From contig QPGO01000023.1 in the NCBI GenBank assembly GCA_008632985.1, positions 279,266 through 343,265 of the forward strand: DNA of 64,000 bases. The letters are read 5' to 3'. Shown here piece after piece: positions 62,403 to 64,000 of this stretch (its first letter is position 1; each line of letters starts with the position of its first letter). The translations under genes and the position numbers were made by a program. Below the pieces are notes generated by a model. It did no database searches and had not been told where the DNA came from. It was given only the letters and a program-made list of their open reading frames with translations. The DNA is from Psammoneis japonica (lineage: Eukaryota).

Positions 62403-64000
62403 GTGGATCCGAACAATCCACAAGCACCCGCTCAACAAGCGGCACCACCTGCTCAACCTGGAGCACAAGCACCTCAAGTGCCAGTTCCACCAGCACAAGA
62501 GCTGCACAATAAGCGCAGCCATCAGCAATCCCAGGTCAAGGAGGCGAGGGAGCAGGAGCACCGCCACCGGTCTGTCCTGTGCCACCGCCTCCGAATCAAC
62601 TGGCGCAACAACCTGGAGGAGGTCAACCAGCAGCACAAGTGCTGCCCATTCAACCACCTCCACCAAATCCCACCACGTGTCAAGAATGGATGCTGTGGAA
62701 CAGCAAACAAAGACCCGCACAATGGCGATTGCACCGAAGCCGGTCTGGACTTTGCTGCAGCCATCGCAGGAGCCTTGAGATGCACCCCTCAACCACTTGC
62801 GGCACAAGTCACAGCCACTTCACACTTCAGGACATGACATGCCAATGGCACAAGTGAAACTTGTGACCAATGCCACTGACCGGATGATCCAGGAGTGATC
62901 AGCGTGTTCCACCAAATTGCTGCCTGCCCGCAAACCATCGTTGGAAACGCACCACCCTGGGACAGAAATGCTTGCACCATCCGTGGTGACATCACACAAG
63001 GACAGTGTCATGTCGTGCCTTGGGAGGTTGCCAATCATCACATTGTTGCGGCAGCTGGAACCTGGGTCCCCATGGATGCAGAGATGGAAAATCACCCAGC
63101 GCAAAACCCTGAAGGCCCAATTGGCTGCATGCTGCCCAACAATGCCCGGAGCAGCAGAGGTGCAAACATGCGCCACTGCTTTGCTCCCTTTCAACTGCGT
63201 GAGTTTGCTGCTCCCAGTCACCTTGCCACCCAAAGATGTCTTCTGGCATGCACACGGCACTGCCCAGGTGAACAATCAGGTGCAGCAGCTCCGCCCCTTG
63301 CCAGACTGCCTTGAGGTGGCATGCATGAGGCACGGTGCTCAACAAGCTTCAGCGGCAGCTCAGCCATTGCCCCAACTGCTGCAATCACCCAACAAAGCAC
63401 TCCGCTGATTCTTCAACCACATGGCAGACATGGATCTCCTGGGCCATGCCAGGGAAGCCAACCCAACCTTGCCGCAGATCCTTCCGGTCGTTGGGGCCCT
63501 CGACAACCTTGCTGCAGAACAACATCAAACTTGACTGGATGCGCAGGCAAGGGCCCTGGCTGCTGCTGGGGAAAAGATGCCCACACAAACCTTTGGCATG
63601 TGCGGGGTCCTTAAGCTCATGCGACTGACCCAACTGCTGCACAAAGCACAACTCCTGCCATTTGTGGGTCAACCTTGCCGCTGCGCCCAAAATCACGTGT
63701 GTCAAGGTCATGCAGAGCGCATTCGACACCTTAAAGAGTGCACTGGGGACACACTTCCTGACATGTGCCATGGTGCCACTCGTGTCAAAACTCATGAACC
63801 TTGCACTCTTTTGCTGGTTTGTTTTTAGAATGGCTTCAATCCGTGATGCAGGTGTTCTTTTTTCAATGGTGGCACCTTTCACTCACTTTGGATTGGTTGG
63901 GCACCACATGGAGACTGTTTTTGGAACCAGATTTGGAGCCATTTTGGTTTTGGAGCCAACCTTGCTGTCAGAGTCTTGATGTTTTTTGTGTTGTGGACGT
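62403..64000 (+). mobile_element. Hypermutated domain IV: degenerate ORF1-like sequence of a probable retroelement, running off the window
   Basis: TA-depleted. Pro/Gln/Ala-rich start, then VQTCATALLPFNCVSLLLPVTLPPKDVF..LRPLPDCLEVAC, which resembles a repetitive diatom ORF1-type family as I recall it. Element class is not established. Confidence 0.45.

Overview
This is eukaryotic nuclear DNA with short GT-AG introns. It is most likely from a diatom, inferred from a CoDi-type copia gag and an Ambal-like LINE. The window alternates sharply between two kinds of sequence. (1) Ordinary sequence carries apparently intact genes (MFS transporter, ankyrin-TM-RING protein, Zc3h12a-like NYN RNase, acyl-CoA oxidase/dehydrogenase, a secreted beta-propeller protein of bacterial type), frameshifted remnants of housekeeping genes (carbamoyl-phosphate synthetase, MCM4, FZL/dynamin-like, GlcG-like, tyrosine phosphatase) and a split DUF6729-like ORF. 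(2) Four transposon/repeat-rich domains (about 1-8600, 16080-20570, 33400-48530, 62190-64000) have lost almost all TpA, and in their cores CpG, with both converted to TpG/CpA. Conserved tyrosines in retroelement and TPR proteins have become Cys (TGY) or His (CAY), and the two LTRs of one gypsy element differ by reciprocal CA/TG swaps. A younger LINE has lost TpA but kept CpG. Together these point to a repeat-targeted, double-stranded, in-situ A:T to G:C hypermutation (apparent target 5'-TAY), opposite in direction to fungal RIP. No effector gene for it is recognisable in the window. Domain III is a nested stack: a tandem TPR pseudogene pair interrupted by a LINE (23-bp TSD) and by a gypsy element, which itself holds a MITE.
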